A stretch of DNA of 64,000 nucleotides. It comes from a virus (lineage: Duplodnaviria; Caudoviricetes). Location: positions 1,672 to 65,671 of the IMG/VR virus record IMGVR_UViG_3300044631_000780. One strand, 5' to 3'. The translations under genes and the position numbers were made by a program. The notes below the pieces were generated by a model that searched no databases, had not been told where the DNA came from, and saw nothing but the letters and a program-made list of their open reading frames with translations. Of this stretch, positions 51,460 through 61,749 are shown in pieces (the first letter of the stretch is position 1; every line of letters starts with the position of its first letter).

Positions 51460-54339
51460 CTATGGACAATCAACGTAACGACCAGTTCCGATCTTAGTAG
51501 AACCAACAGTTGTAAGATCATTAGTATCTAGACATACTAATGATGGCAATAATTTAGCTCCATATCCACCGCCACCGACAACAATAATTTCTGGAAATTT
51601 ATCAAAAGTTTTAGTACGATCCAATATCCTTCCACCTATTACAAATCCATCTTCATTAATGATTGCTTCTGCGATTCCAAGTTTTCCATTAACATACATA
51701 TCTGGAACTGTTGTATATCCGATTCCTGGTCGGATCAATGTAAAACTATCTATGATACAACGGACATCGTTTTCCTGTGCTAGATTCTTTCTATAACCAT
51801 ACCCAGATGATTTGACACGAATCTCGGTTAGATAACCGTTTTCGTCTAGAAGAGCAGTTGCTGTTGCTCCAATTCCTTCTCCACCAACAAATACATATGG
51901 AGGTTCTGCCCATGGATCTCCAGGATTATCAATTGGAATTTGAATAATTCCTCCAGTATCGTCAGTAATAATTTTATCTGGATTTACAGTAGGCAATTCA
52001 AATTCATCATATGTCGTTTGTGTTCCATCACCAACTCCAATATCATATTCTTCAATGGATGATCCACCACCTTCTTTATTTGAATCTGGTACAATCAAAA
52101 CACTAGTCGTTGCTCCAGTGCCATTAATAGAAAATGTTAATGTTTCATAGTCTTCTGGTCTATCATCTTCTTCAATTCCAATTGTGACCTTTGCTGTGCT
52201 ATTATTGATAATGAAAGATCCTACTAAACTGCCACCAACAACATCATCATTGGAGACACCACTTAAGGTATAAAAGGCAGCAGTTCCATTGGGAACATTT
52301 TTTGTTGTAATTGTGAACACAACAAATTCTCCCTCTTTTACTGTAGATCTATCAGCAATAACTTTATATGAAGGGGAAGAAAAACTCTTTTTTTGACCTG
52401 GATTTCCACCAGTGTTTGTATCTTCATCACCAGTTTCTTCACCAACTAACGAAGTTGGAAAATTATTATCAATATTATCAAATGGATTGATTGGTTTTGG
52501 ATTAAATCTATCTCCTTCTTCAGTTAGATCAATTTCTGTAATGACGCACTTTCCAATATTTTTAATAAATTCCGAAGATACACCACTTCCACTACCAGGA
52601 CTGTTTAGAGCAAGTTCTACAAAAAAGTCCTCATCCTTTTCAACAGCATCAGAATAGAAAGTTTTGAAAGTTATTTTCTTTTGAGTTTCTCCAGGAGCAA
52701 ATCCGAGAATGTCTTCTGCTGGTAGATAATCAGAATTTGCTGTCGCTGTACCTTGCTCTGTTAAAGATTTAAATGTTACGGAAGAAGCTGCTGATGTATA
52801 TCCAGATCTAGTTACTGTAAATATAGCGTCTTTTCCTTCTTCTACTTGAATGTCATCAATTGTGTAGATAATTTTTAACTTTTCTGTGGAAGATCCAGTT
52901 CCACCAGGAAGAGGAATTCCGCCAGTAAATCCAACAGTGGTAACTGCTAAACTATTTCCAGTATAGGCTTCTTCGCATGTGTATGATGTGTAATCAGCTC
53001 CAGTGACTGGGAATAGATTATCAATTCCAGAAAGTAAATCATCGAGAAAATCCTTTCCATCATCAGATGATTCATCCCTACTTCCATCTGTACAAACTTT
53101 TTTATATTCCGAACAGGTTTGGTCTGGTCCAGAACAAGAAATTCCTAGTAAAGATAAAACATAATTAATTGCTCCACCAATGATATTCAATGGTCCAGCA
53201 ATAGCACCAAGGATATCTTCTAGTGGACCCAAAATATTACCAAGTAATTCTTCTATCAAAGAATTAATTTTAGATAATATGCCATTAACTAAAGTATCAA
53301 TTTGACAAGCAACTGCCTGATAAATCTGTGTGACAAGATCCATCAAAACATTTGTTAACCATTCTGCCAAGCGATCTCCAAGATCTGCCATTTGACATCC
53401 AAGGTCTTTCAATAATTTATTAAAAAACTCAGTAACTGGGGTTAAGGCATTACCTTCTTCTGATGGGTATAGTAAAGCATTAATTAGATCCCTAACAGCA
53501 GCTTCTAATTTTTCAATGATAAATCCTTTAACTTTTGCGATAAAATGCTGTACGACAAATAAAATTTTATTTGTATATCTTCTAGCTTCTTCTACAGCAC
53601 TGTATAGTCCACCAGTATATTTGTTTATTAAAAAATCTCCTATTTGCCCACCATTATTTTGAACTGCTGCCAATAGTTCTGAAAGAATATACTTAATCGA
53701 AGATCCAAGATCATCTTTCTCACATTTTTCTGCTACAGATTGACACCACTTCTCTTCTTCATCTCCTTGTGCTGGACCTTGGGGAATAGGAACTCTTGGT
53801 TTTCCATCTTTACCTAAAGAACCATCTGGCAATCCACCTGTGCTTTGATTTGTATTCTCAGATTGTCCGCCTTCTTTATTTTCTGGTGCTGGAGTACCAT
53901 CCTTTGCTGGTTGAACAGTCGCTGGTATTGCTGTAGTAAATGGTGGGTCTTCTGGTCTGGCGTTTTTAACAATTGTTGTGGCACCAGGGGTTTGACCAAT
54001 TGACCCCATTATTATCGGTTTTTGTCTTTCTGGATCTAAGTAAAATCCAACAACCCAACATCCAGGTTTTAATTGAGAACCTGCTCCGCCTTCGTTCCCA
54101 GGCATAAAGGGAACGTTAACTGGCATCATCACACTACACCATGGTAAATCAGCAGTGTCAAGTATTTCTTTGCTTTGAGGATGTTCGCCAACAATCCTCA
54201 CCTTATAACGAATTCCACCTTTGTTATTAGGTTCGTCTGCTGCTGTTCCTTCTACTTGACCAACCCACCAATTAAAACCATCATTACCAATTTTATTTGT
54301 TGGGATGAGTTGAGATAATAGTTGATCCATATCACTCAA
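51460..54339 (-). CDS. gp5: baseplate hub gp5 (OB-fold N-terminus) with Calx-beta-like domains
   Basis: FNWWVGQVE...RYKVRIVGEH...DLPW...WVVGFYLD...QKPIIMG; GTATANSDY...FAPGETQK. Confidence 0.88.
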   Translation of the reverse strand: MSDMDQLLSQLIPTNKIGNDGFNWWVGQVEGTAADEPNNKGGIRYKVRIVGEHPQSKEILDTADLPWCSVMMPVNVPFMPGNEGGAGSQLKPGCWVVGFYLDPERQKPIIMGSIGQTPGATTIVKNARPEDPPFTTAIPATVQPAKDGTPAPENKEGGQSENTNQSTGGLPDGSLGKDGKPRVPIPQGPAQGDEEEKWCQSVAEKCEKDDLGSSIKYILSELLAAVQNNGGQIGDFLINKYTGGLYSAVEEARRYTNKILFVVQHFIAKVKGFIIEKLEAAVRDLINALLYPSEEGNALTPVTEFFNKLLKDLGCQMADLGDRLAEWLTNVLMDLVTQIYQAVACQIDTLVNGILSKINSLIEELLGNILGPLEDILGAIAGPLNIIGGAINYVLSLLGISCSGPDQTCSEYKKVCTDGSRDESSDDGKDFLDDLLSGIDNLFPVTGADYTSYTCEEAYTGNSLAVTTVGFTGGIPLPGGTGSSTEKLKIIYTIDDIQVEEGKDAIFTVTRSGYTSAASSVTFKSLTEQGTATANSDYLPAEDILGFAPGETQKKITFKTFYSDAVEKDEDFFVELALNSPGSGSGVSSEFIKNIGKCVITEIDLTEEGDRFNPKPINPFDNIDNNFPTSLVGEETGDEDTNTGGNPGQKKSFSSPSYKVIADRSTVKEGEFVVFTITTKNVPNGTAAFYTLSGVSNDDVVGGSLVGSFIINNSTAKVTIGIEEDDRPEDYETLTFSINGTGATTSVLIVPDSNKEGGGSSIEEYDIGVGDGTQTTYDEFELPTVNPDKIITDDTGGIIQIPIDNPGDPWAEPPYVFVGGEGIGATATALLDENGYLTEIRVKSSGYGYRKNLAQENDVRCIIDSFTLIRPGIGYTTVPDMYVNGKLGIAEAIINEDGFVIGGRILDRTKTFDKFPEIIVVGGGGYGAKLLPSLVCLDTNDLTTVGSTKIGTGRYVDCP

Positions 54340-54548
54340 TCATCATATACTCTACATTCCAAAGCACCTGGATTGCTATCACAAAAGAGTTCTAATGATG
54401 TTGGATCATGATCATCATTTGGATGACGCTCTTTGTATGCTTCTAGAGCGGTAAGTTCTTCTTGTGTATGTCTACGAGCTTGTGGAGATGTTTGTGGATC
54501 ATCGAGAATTTTTTTATCTTGTTCAATATGTACGTCAATATTTTCCAT
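54336..54548 (-). CDS. cp12: CP12 Calvin-cycle inhibitor
   Basis: C-terminal DPTSLELFCDSNPGALECRVYDD; CTAAATA at 54571-54577. Confidence 0.9.
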   Translation of the reverse strand: MENIDVHIEQDKKILDDPQTSPQARRHTQEELTALEAYKERHPNDDHDPTSLELFCDSNPGALECRVYDD

Positions 54549-54573
54549 TTTTAGTTTCCTCCTGTTACATTAT

Positions 54574-55995
54574 TTAGTTGCCATGTTGAGAGACACGATC
54601 TTTAACACCATGAGTATCTCTAGCAAGACGAAGTGTAGTTGTAAATCTCCCATTTGATCCTATTAAAGTATCATATGAATGCGTGACTTCCATAATCAAA
54701 TATATTCCACTATATTCTGGATCAAAAGGATCATCTTTGGCAAATTTGCTAGGTTGTTTGTTTGTAATGCGAATATCTATCCTATCTCCAGCACAAATTT
54801 GAGAATTTCCAGGTATGACTACTGTAACTTTTTGATTTGATAAAGTTTCGTATCTTGCCATAGATTGGGCAGCATATTCTAAATGTCTATCGGAATATTG
54901 TGATGGATTTGTTGCGCCATCCTTTTCATATGGAGATGCTGGTTTATCTTCATTATACCAAGTTTCATGATCCAATATCATGGACATAATTTTAGTGGGA
55001 TAGTCTGCCAATGTTTGATTGGCAGATATTCTAACTAAAGTTGGTTCTTCTTGACTGCCCAAATGCTTCATGTCATCAAAAGCTTCTTTCATATTATAGA
55101 TGTATTCGTCATATTGTCCAGTAGAATGATTAAAAAAGCATACTTTTGTGGAATACTTTCCAAATCTTAATCCAGATATCAAGTCTACTTCGGAATTAAA
55201 ATTAATTTCGCTAATTGTAAATCTATCATCTGCTCCATCATCTTGGTTTAGTATTTTTTCTACATATGGTCCCCAAGGTTTTATCTTATAATTCTCAGTT
55301 TCTTTGTCCGAGCATAAAGTATCAACTGAGTAAAAATTAAATCCTCTCTTATTTTCCCAAAAGAAAAATCCAGCACTTCCACCTATAATCTGTTCTTTAT
55401 CCTTTACTGATGTAGAATTACTTTTTGAAGACGTTGTTACAGAAACACTTTTTTGTTCAGATGGTACAGATTTTGGCATTAACATTGCCGCAATGTCAAA
55501 AACTCTTTTTCTGGCAGCAATTATTTTTGTTTCAAATAAACAAGGCTCACTATTTAAAGTTTTTTCTGTCTTTAAGTATTCTTTCAAGAGTTTTGCGATA
55601 ATTTCATCTGGTTTGCCAGTTAATGGAACTTCAACTCTCACACATTCGTTGTTTAGTGCTTCTTCAGAGATTAATCCAAGAGTGTAAGACTGATCTTGAT
55701 TTTTTACATATCTATTCGCAATTTTCCATATTCTTAAATTATACTCTTCACCAGATTCGTTAGTATTTGTCTGTATTCTTACCTTTATCAATTCTCCACC
55801 TTGGATTGGCATAGAATTAATCAGACCACCACTATCAACAATTGCCATTGTTCCCATTAGAAAAGCAAAATTTGTGCTTTCAACATAATTAAAAATCTGA
55901 ACAAGATTTTTTATGTCATAAGACTTTTTGCCATCAGCGGATGTTATCGTGATGGATGATATTTTAAAATCTGTTGTTGATTGAAATTCTGCCAT
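54574..55995 (-). CDS. baseplate hub protein (gp27-like)
   Basis: Position between tape measure and gp5; PIQGGE, FFFWENKRGFNF, VIPGN...SGIYLI..VTH motifs. Confidence 0.7.
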   Translation of the reverse strand: MAEFQSTTDFKISSITITSADGKKSYDIKNLVQIFNYVESTNFAFLMGTMAIVDSGGLINSMPIQGGELIKVRIQTNTNESGEEYNLRIWKIANRYVKNQDQSYTLGLISEEALNNECVRVEVPLTGKPDEIIAKLLKEYLKTEKTLNSEPCLFETKIIAARKRVFDIAAMLMPKSVPSEQKSVSVTTSSKSNSTSVKDKEQIIGGSAGFFFWENKRGFNFYSVDTLCSDKETENYKIKPWGPYVEKILNQDDGADDRFTISEINFNSEVDLISGLRFGKYSTKVCFFNHSTGQYDEYIYNMKEAFDDMKHLGSQEEPTLVRISANQTLADYPTKIMSMILDHETWYNEDKPASPYEKDGATNPSQYSDRHLEYAAQSMARYETLSNQKVTVVIPGNSQICAGDRIDIRITNKQPSKFAKDDPFDPEYSGIYLIMEVTHSYDTLIGSNGRFTTTLRLARDTHGVKDRVSQHGN

Positions 55996-55999
55996 AATA

Positions 56000-58870
56000 T
56001 TAACTCTGTACTCTTAATGCCAGCGCCGCTAGTCCTGTAGAACTTGAACCACCAGCTGGTCCTGCTGCTGCTACCTGAGCACCGCTGCCCGCTTGAGTGT
56101 TATTGTTATTAATAATTGTCGTTCCACCACCTCTGGTGTTTCTCATACTAGAACTGTAGGATGCCGATGCTTGTGCTACTTCATTGCCAGTAGTACGATT
56201 TGCTGGTGCCGTTGTTGGCATCGCTCTTAGAGAACCAGGAGAAGATCCAGATCCTCTACCACCTCCAGATCCAGTTGGTTTTTTAGCAGCTGCTGCTGTT
56301 GGAGTTGGAGTTCCAGATGGTTTTCCTGCTTTTGCTGCCACACCAGCTGGCATTCTGTAAATTTTACCTTTTCCACGATAATAAGAATTATATCCAGCAA
56401 CTGTGTCTACCCAACTAAATTGTGCTCCACTCGAAGAATTAGAAATTACTTTTCCATCTGGTGTTATGACACCAATATGTTTCTGTCCAGGAGCAACATA
56501 GAGGTCTCCTGGTTGCGGGGAGGATACTTGAGTGTATCCAGCCTTGATCATCATTTCTTCTGCTGTAGGAACATATTCTGATGTTCCCCACGGTGTAGGA
56601 ATACCAGCTTTAGCAAAAACTTTATTTACCGCCCAAACACAACCATTTCTACCACCATCAGGTGCCGCTTTACTCGACATTCCTTTCATGGAAGCAGCAG
56701 CTTGTGCTAAAGCAGCAGCACCTCCAGATCCTCTCATCGTACTACCAAAGTCTTTTGTGGCAGCAAGTTTAGCAGCATTTTTCATTCTATTTTCAAATCC
56801 AGCAGATCCTGCCTTTTCCCCAGATCGTTCAAATTTTTCCAAGAACATCGTAGCAGATTCTCTGGATGTTTTTGCTCCTTTTAAAGTTTTTAAGCTAAGT
56901 CCGCCAGCGCCAGTTCTCATTTCTTCCATAATCCACTGAAGCTGTGCTTCTCGTGTGTTCACATCCAAATCCTTTTGTTTTGCCCATTTTTCAAAATTTC
57001 CCCATCTGTTTTTATCCCACTGGGCAATTCCGCGATGTCCAGTAGCATTCTTTGCTTTTGGATCAATTCCAGCTCCAGATTCTTGCATTAAGTTACCAAC
57101 AATACCAGCAGCCTGATCTTTTGTTAATCCTTGGCTCATGAAATAATTCATTGCTTGAGCTTGTCCGCTAGTTCCACTGAAATCTCCAGCACCATTCAAA
57201 TAATCTGCTGGATTTCCAGTAGGAGCAGCTTGAGCAGCTCCACCAAGTAAAGTGGTTAAAGTTCCACTAAACAATGATCCAAGAACACCTCCAATTTTAC
57301 CCCAAACACTAGCAAGATTTTTTCCTAATCTTTCTCCACCACCTTCATTTTCATAATATTGTCTCAGTCCTTGAGATTGAATTCTCGCAAAATCTCTACT
57401 ATTTGCTTTTTGAGCATCAATCATTCCTTCACCAAACAACTTAAACATTTGCTTGGATTTTGCCTTATCCCCACCAACCAAACCACCTTGATTATATGCT
57501 TTCCCCCCAGTAGGATTATTGGATCCACCACCCATCGCATTCATCGCCAATAGTGTACCTCTACCCCAAGCATTACCAGCAGCATTACTCATCACAACTT
57601 CGCCCTCATCGGCACGAATAGGCACATCATCAACAACACTCTTCTTACCACCAGTGACTAAACCTCCTCTAGCCATTCCTTTTCCACCACCAGATACATC
57701 TCTGGCAACATCAGCTGCCAGAAATCCCCACCCAATTGGTCCTGGTATCGCAGATCCTGCTGATAGAGCAGCGCCTAAAATATCACCTCTACTCAATGCT
57801 TCTCCAGCAAGTCCAAGACCAATTGCTGTTTGAGCACCTGGGATCATTCTTGCTGCTGTTTTTCCACCAATTTTCATCAATGCCTTGGCGCCGCCTTTAC
57901 CAGCAACCGCTGCTCCAGCCCTTGGCAATACCCTAGCAGCTCCTCTTGCGCCGATGCCTGGTGCCGCTTTGCCGATGATCTTACCAGCTGCTCCCAAAGC
58001 AGTTCCAAGACCCAATCCACCGCCTCCACCACCGCTGGAACCACCACCAGTAAGTGAACCCAATCCACCAGTTGGAGTGATAAATCCAGAATTATCAGTT
58101 CCAGCTTCCAATGCTTTTTCTTCATCTCTTGCTAGAGATCTATTTGCAATCTTTTCTGCTGATGATTTCGCATTCTGAGCAATTTGCTTGTCTGCCGCTG
58201 TTTGTGCTTTTACAGCATCAACCAAAGAACTAACTACATTCGTTAAATTATCAACAGATCCTACAACTGCTTCATCTCCTTTAGTCATGAGAGAAGAAGC
58301 ACTAGAAATTCCTGGTGCTGCTGCTGATGCTACACTCGCAGTAGCATTTAACTGTGATTTTGATTTTTTTAGAAATTCCTTTCTTTCTTCACTACTAAGA
58401 TATCTTCCAGTTTCTGGGTCTACTCCAGTTTGTGCTGCTTTGAAAAATGCTTCGCTATCTAATTTTTTTGGAGCAGCAGAAATACCAGAAAGATTTGTAA
58501 ATGTTCCACCTTTTGTTGGAGATGCTCCACCAGGAAGTCTTGGTCCCCCTGGTGGTAGTGCTAATTGTTCTTTTTTTACAATAGCATCAGATCCAGCACC
58601 AAGGACACCAGCAACAGCAGATTGCTTGAGCATCTTTAGTGCTGGTGGTTCACTCTTTTGTGCTTTTGAGGCAGTAACATCAGAAACTCTTACCGCTTTT
58701 AATCCTGGATCATAGATATCTGGTTTTGGAGTTGTTGCTAATGCGCCACCACTTTCTTCTTTTTTTTCTTTCTCTTCCTTCTCTTTGTTTAGTTTTTTCC
58801 ACAACCATTCAACGTTTTTCCAGAAGTTATCTCCTGATACTGGTGTGGGTGTAAGAAAACCGTGTGCCAT
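56000..58870 (-). CDS. tape-measure/hub-like protein with phage tail lysozyme and NlpC/P60-like domains
   Basis: Ala/Gly-rich; AAGIVGNLMQESG...GIAQW (Phage_lysozyme2); GCVWAVN...HIGV Cys-His motif. Confidence 0.75.
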   Translation of the reverse strand: MAHGFLTPTPVSGDNFWKNVEWLWKKLNKEKEEKEKKEESGGALATTPKPDIYDPGLKAVRVSDVTASKAQKSEPPALKMLKQSAVAGVLGAGSDAIVKKEQLALPPGGPRLPGGASPTKGGTFTNLSGISAAPKKLDSEAFFKAAQTGVDPETGRYLSSEERKEFLKKSKSQLNATASVASAAAPGISSASSLMTKGDEAVVGSVDNLTNVVSSLVDAVKAQTAADKQIAQNAKSSAEKIANRSLARDEEKALEAGTDNSGFITPTGGLGSLTGGGSSGGGGGGLGLGTALGAAGKIIGKAAPGIGARGAARVLPRAGAAVAGKGGAKALMKIGGKTAARMIPGAQTAIGLGLAGEALSRGDILGAALSAGSAIPGPIGWGFLAADVARDVSGGGKGMARGGLVTGGKKSVVDDVPIRADEGEVVMSNAAGNAWGRGTLLAMNAMGGGSNNPTGGKAYNQGGLVGGDKAKSKQMFKLFGEGMIDAQKANSRDFARIQSQGLRQYYENEGGGERLGKNLASVWGKIGGVLGSLFSGTLTTLLGGAAQAAPTGNPADYLNGAGDFSGTSGQAQAMNYFMSQGLTKDQAAGIVGNLMQESGAGIDPKAKNATGHRGIAQWDKNRWGNFEKWAKQKDLDVNTREAQLQWIMEEMRTGAGGLSLKTLKGAKTSRESATMFLEKFERSGEKAGSAGFENRMKNAAKLAATKDFGSTMRGSGGAAALAQAAASMKGMSSKAAPDGGRNGCVWAVNKVFAKAGIPTPWGTSEYVPTAEEMMIKAGYTQVSSPQPGDLYVAPGQKHIGVITPDGKVISNSSSGAQFSWVDTVAGYNSYYRGKGKIYRMPAGVAAKAGKPSGTPTPTAAAAKKPTGSGGGRGSGSSPGSLRAMPTTAPANRTTGNEVAQASASYSSSMRNTRGGGTTIINNNNTQAGSGAQVAAAGPAGGSSSTGLAALALRVQS

Positions 58871-59034
58871 TAGCGTTGTGCTGCTCGTTCTTGTTCTTGT
58901 CTATCTTGTTCCAGATACTGCATCAGAAGAGTAGTATAAACCTGCCTCTCCCATGGCATCATATTTTCAATATCAGTCAAGCTATATTTATGGTGCTGCA
59001 TCAAAGCAAAGTTGGTTTTATAGTACCCTTCCAA
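58870..59034 (-). CDS. gp51: baseplate hub assembly catalyst gp51-like (possibly made as a gp26 frameshift fusion)
   Basis: Hand translation LEGYYKTNFALMQHHKYSLTDIENMMPWERQVY...; TAA overlaps the next ATG. Confidence 0.8.
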   Translation of the reverse strand: MEGYYKTNFALMQHHKYSLTDIENMMPWERQVYTTLLMQYLEQDRQEQERAAQR

Positions 59035-59051
59035 ACTGTTATGGAAGAGTG

Positions 59052-59768
59052 CTATCCGAAAAAATTGGTCAGTCCCGAAATCGTGTACTCAGAAACAATT
59101 CCAGTTTTTGGATTTTTGAGAGAAAATGTATGTTCTAGTCTTGGTGTATCAGCAAAAAACTGCTGTACTTTCTCAAATTGCTTGTTTGTAAATCCTTCAA
59201 CAAATTCAATAAATTCTTTTTTACTGGTTGTTGAACTATCATAAACATCTTCACCGTTGTAAATTTGATCAATACAATCAGCAAGATTTTCAATTACTCC
59301 ATCAGCGGTGATAGGAGCACCAAGAATAGAAGTTTTGATAAAATCGTCAAATGATGGATATTTCATGATCACACCCATTTCATCAGTGAGATCAATTTTG
59401 TTAGAATGTCCTTCTGGTTTATTTACTTTGACTTCTAGTAAATTGAGATTATATTTTACAACAGTCTCTTCATCATCTCTACAGGTGATATTCATCTCAA
59501 TTGTTTCACCAACCGAAACGGCACGAATTTGAAGAAAAATGTATTCTAGGTCAAAAGATGCCAATTCTTCAACTTTGATACCTTTAGTTTGAATACAACC
59601 TTTCAGCAATGTCTTCATTGCCTCTTCAACTTGTTTTTCGTCATTTGTCTCTAATGCCAGTAAAAGCAGTTTTTCTTCTTTTACTACAAATGGACGATAT
59701 TTGATTTTTTTGCCATTAGATGGAATTTCCAACTCATACGTTGGAAGAACAACTTGTGGTAATGCCAT
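59052..59768 (-). CDS. gp26: baseplate hub assembly chaperone gp26
   Basis: MALP...YELEIPS..KIKYRPFVVKEEK...FDLEYIFLQIRAVSVGE...GLTNFF; CTAAATA at 59793-59799. Confidence 0.9.
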   Translation of the reverse strand: MALPQVVLPTYELEIPSNGKKIKYRPFVVKEEKLLLLALETNDEKQVEEAMKTLLKGCIQTKGIKVEELASFDLEYIFLQIRAVSVGETIEMNITCRDDEETVVKYNLNLLEVKVNKPEGHSNKIDLTDEMGVIMKYPSFDDFIKTSILGAPITADGVIENLADCIDQIYNGEDVYDSSTTSKKEFIEFVEGFTNKQFEKVQQFFADTPRLEHTFSLKNPKTGIVSEYTISGLTNFFG

Positions 59769-59859
59769 TATGTTTAGACCAGATCATATGTATATTTAGC
59801 GCGACTTTTTCAGCGATTTTTTGGCGGAAAAATTTTTTCCAATTTCATAGAATTGAAAA

Positions 59860-60597
59860 TCACGTTTTGGAACCAGGAACTACCTTTTGTTGAACATCTG
59901 CTTTTGCTTTGCCAGTATACATTCCGTTTAAAGTACCAGCCACAGAAGTAATGTTATTAGGAATAGTATAGTGTCTGGAATATGAGAACTGTGCTGAGAC
60001 CTGAGTGATCTGAGAGTTTCCATAGGACAATGGTATTGCGTCAATCGCATATGGATACGCATTTTCTAAGACGTAAGTAATTGGAGCTCTTTGATTTGCT
60101 GCGTATGGTCCTTGTTCTGTCTTACTGATCAACATAGTACAAGCATATTCATCTCTATATTTTAGACGAACTGCTCTATTTTCTGGTCGTATACTTGTTG
60201 TAGCCAAAGATTGTAGTTGGGATAATGACTTATTGTTCTGTTGATCTTGCCATTCTTGAACCGTTCCTAACTTTCCATCGCCACTAAAAATAAAATCCAA
60301 CCATTTGTTCAAAAATTTCAATGCTGATAGATTAGCATCCAGCATAAATCCAAGTTGTAATTCAGTGTACACTCTTGTATGTGGATATTGTACAGTGCCA
60401 CTGCCAACATACAATCCATTAACACTGCCTTGAGCAGTATTGGTGTTAGGTAGCTGAGCTTCATTACAAAACAATGACACGATGGTATCTAAGTCATTGA
60501 AAGTAACTTTAGGATTAATGAACTTAACCTCAAAGTTATTACTATATGACATTCCGCCATACTTAGCAATAGTATTGATGAAGTTATTTACTGACAC
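59860..60597 (-). CDS. baseplate-tail tube initiator (gp54/gp19-like)
   Basis: C..AQLP...LENAYP..I..IPLSYG tail-tube-fold motifs. Confidence 0.7.
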   Translation of the reverse strand: MSVNNFINTIAKYGGMSYSNNFEVKFINPKVTFNDLDTIVSLFCNEAQLPNTNTAQGSVNGLYVGSGTVQYPHTRVYTELQLGFMLDANLSALKFLNKWLDFIFSGDGKLGTVQEWQDQQNNKSLSQLQSLATTSIRPENRAVRLKYRDEYACTMLISKTEQGPYAANQRAPITYVLENAYPYAIDAIPLSYGNSQITQVSAQFSYSRHYTIPNNITSVAGTLNGMYTGKAKADVQQKVVPGSKT

Positions 60598-60598
60598 G

Positions 60599-60630
60599 CT
60601 AAATACCTATGTTGGTACAACTATATTTAT
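60599..60630. promoter_or_regulatory. pair of oppositely oriented late promoters
   Basis: CTAAATA (+) at 60599-60605; ATAAATA (-) at 60624-60630. Confidence 0.65.
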
Positions 60631-61060
60631 GGCATACTCTGGGTTATACAAACCTGTAAATCCTAGTAAGTATCGTGGAAACCCAACTCGTGTTATCTAT
60701 AGGTCGCTATGGGAACGAAAGTTCATGGTGTTCTGTGATAACAACTCCTCAATAATAGAGTGGGGGAGCGAAGAGGTAATCATTCCTTATCGTGCTCCCG
60801 ATGGTAAGGTGAGGCGATACTATCCAGATTTCTACATCAAGGTTCGTGAAAAGGATGGAAAGATCTCCAAGTATATTATTGAGATTAAACCCAAAAGACA
60901 AACTCAACCCCCGAATGAAAAAAACAAACGCACAACTGCCTATCGTGAAGCAGTTTTAACATTCGCAAAGAACCAAGCTAAATGGTCCGCTGCTCGTGAG
61001 TATTGTGAAGATAGACAGATGAACTTCTTGATACTCACCGAAGACCATTTAGGAGTATAA
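60629..61060 (+). CDS. gp4: head completion nuclease gp4
   Basis: MAYSG.YKP.NP.KY.G...YRSLWE...RYYPDF...EIKP; start moved from the track call. Confidence 0.92.
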   Translation: MAYSGLYKPVNPSKYRGNPTRVIYRSLWERKFMVFCDNNSSIIEWGSEEVIIPYRAPDGKVRRYYPDFYIKVREKDGKISKYIIEIKPKRQTQPPNEKNKRTTAYREAVLTFAKNQAKWSAAREYCEDRQMNFLILTEDHLGV

Positions 61061-61062
61061 CA

Positions 61063-61749
61063 ATGGCACAAGGATTCGCAGCAATTCAAAGAAACAAAGT
61101 CAATAAACAACCAGGATACAAAACACTCTTTGAAAGAGTAACAGCAGCAACTGGTGGAGAAGCAAAGAGTTATAGTTGGTATCTCGCCGCAGTAAAATCA
61201 GAGGCAGGAAAATACAAGAAAAATTTTAATAAGTATGTTCTAGATGAAAAAAGTGATAAAGGTGGTCTAGCAAAAGAACAAGACCAAAATGAACTAAGAA
61301 AATTTGTAGTTCAAGGTCACCTTTATATGTTTGAATACAAGGCAAAAATGAAATGGTTGCCTTACTATGATAGATTTCCTCTAGTTTATGTTTTTAAATC
61401 AAGTAAAGATGAATTTTGGGGGGCAAATCTCCATTACTTACCTATCAAAAAAAGAATTATTGCCGTCAAAAAATTGATGGAAGGAAAAATTGATATGCCG
61501 AAGGCATGTTTCCATAAATACATACACGATCATGTCCAGGGATTATATATTGATCTTGCTTCTGCTGAATGGGACACTGCTATTCTTCTACCCACAGAAG
61601 ATTTTGTCAAAGATGTGAATGGTGTCAAATTTCCTATCAACAAAGAAGAGGTTTGGAAAGAAACACTTGACAAATATTATGACAAAATTACTGGTCACAG
61701 AACAATAAAAGGATACGGAACAAAGCAAAGTAGGGAGATGACACAGTAA
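61063..61749 (+). CDS. gp2: DNA end protector gp2
   Basis: YMFEYKAK...LPYYDRFPLV...GANLHYL...HKY. Confidence 0.9.
   Translation: MAQGFAAIQRNKVNKQPGYKTLFERVTAATGGEAKSYSWYLAAVKSEAGKYKKNFNKYVLDEKSDKGGLAKEQDQNELRKFVVQGHLYMFEYKAKMKWLPYYDRFPLVYVFKSSKDEFWGANLHYLPIKKRIIAVKKLMEGKIDMPKACFHKYIHDHVQGLYIDLASAEWDTAILLPTEDFVKDVNGVKFPINKEEVWKETLDKYYDKITGHRTIKGYGTKQSREMTQ

Noticed and set aside
56532-59532. Several plus-strand ORFs over the tape-measure-like, gp51 and gp26 genes
   Set aside because: Antisense shadows of motif-bearing minus-strand genes.
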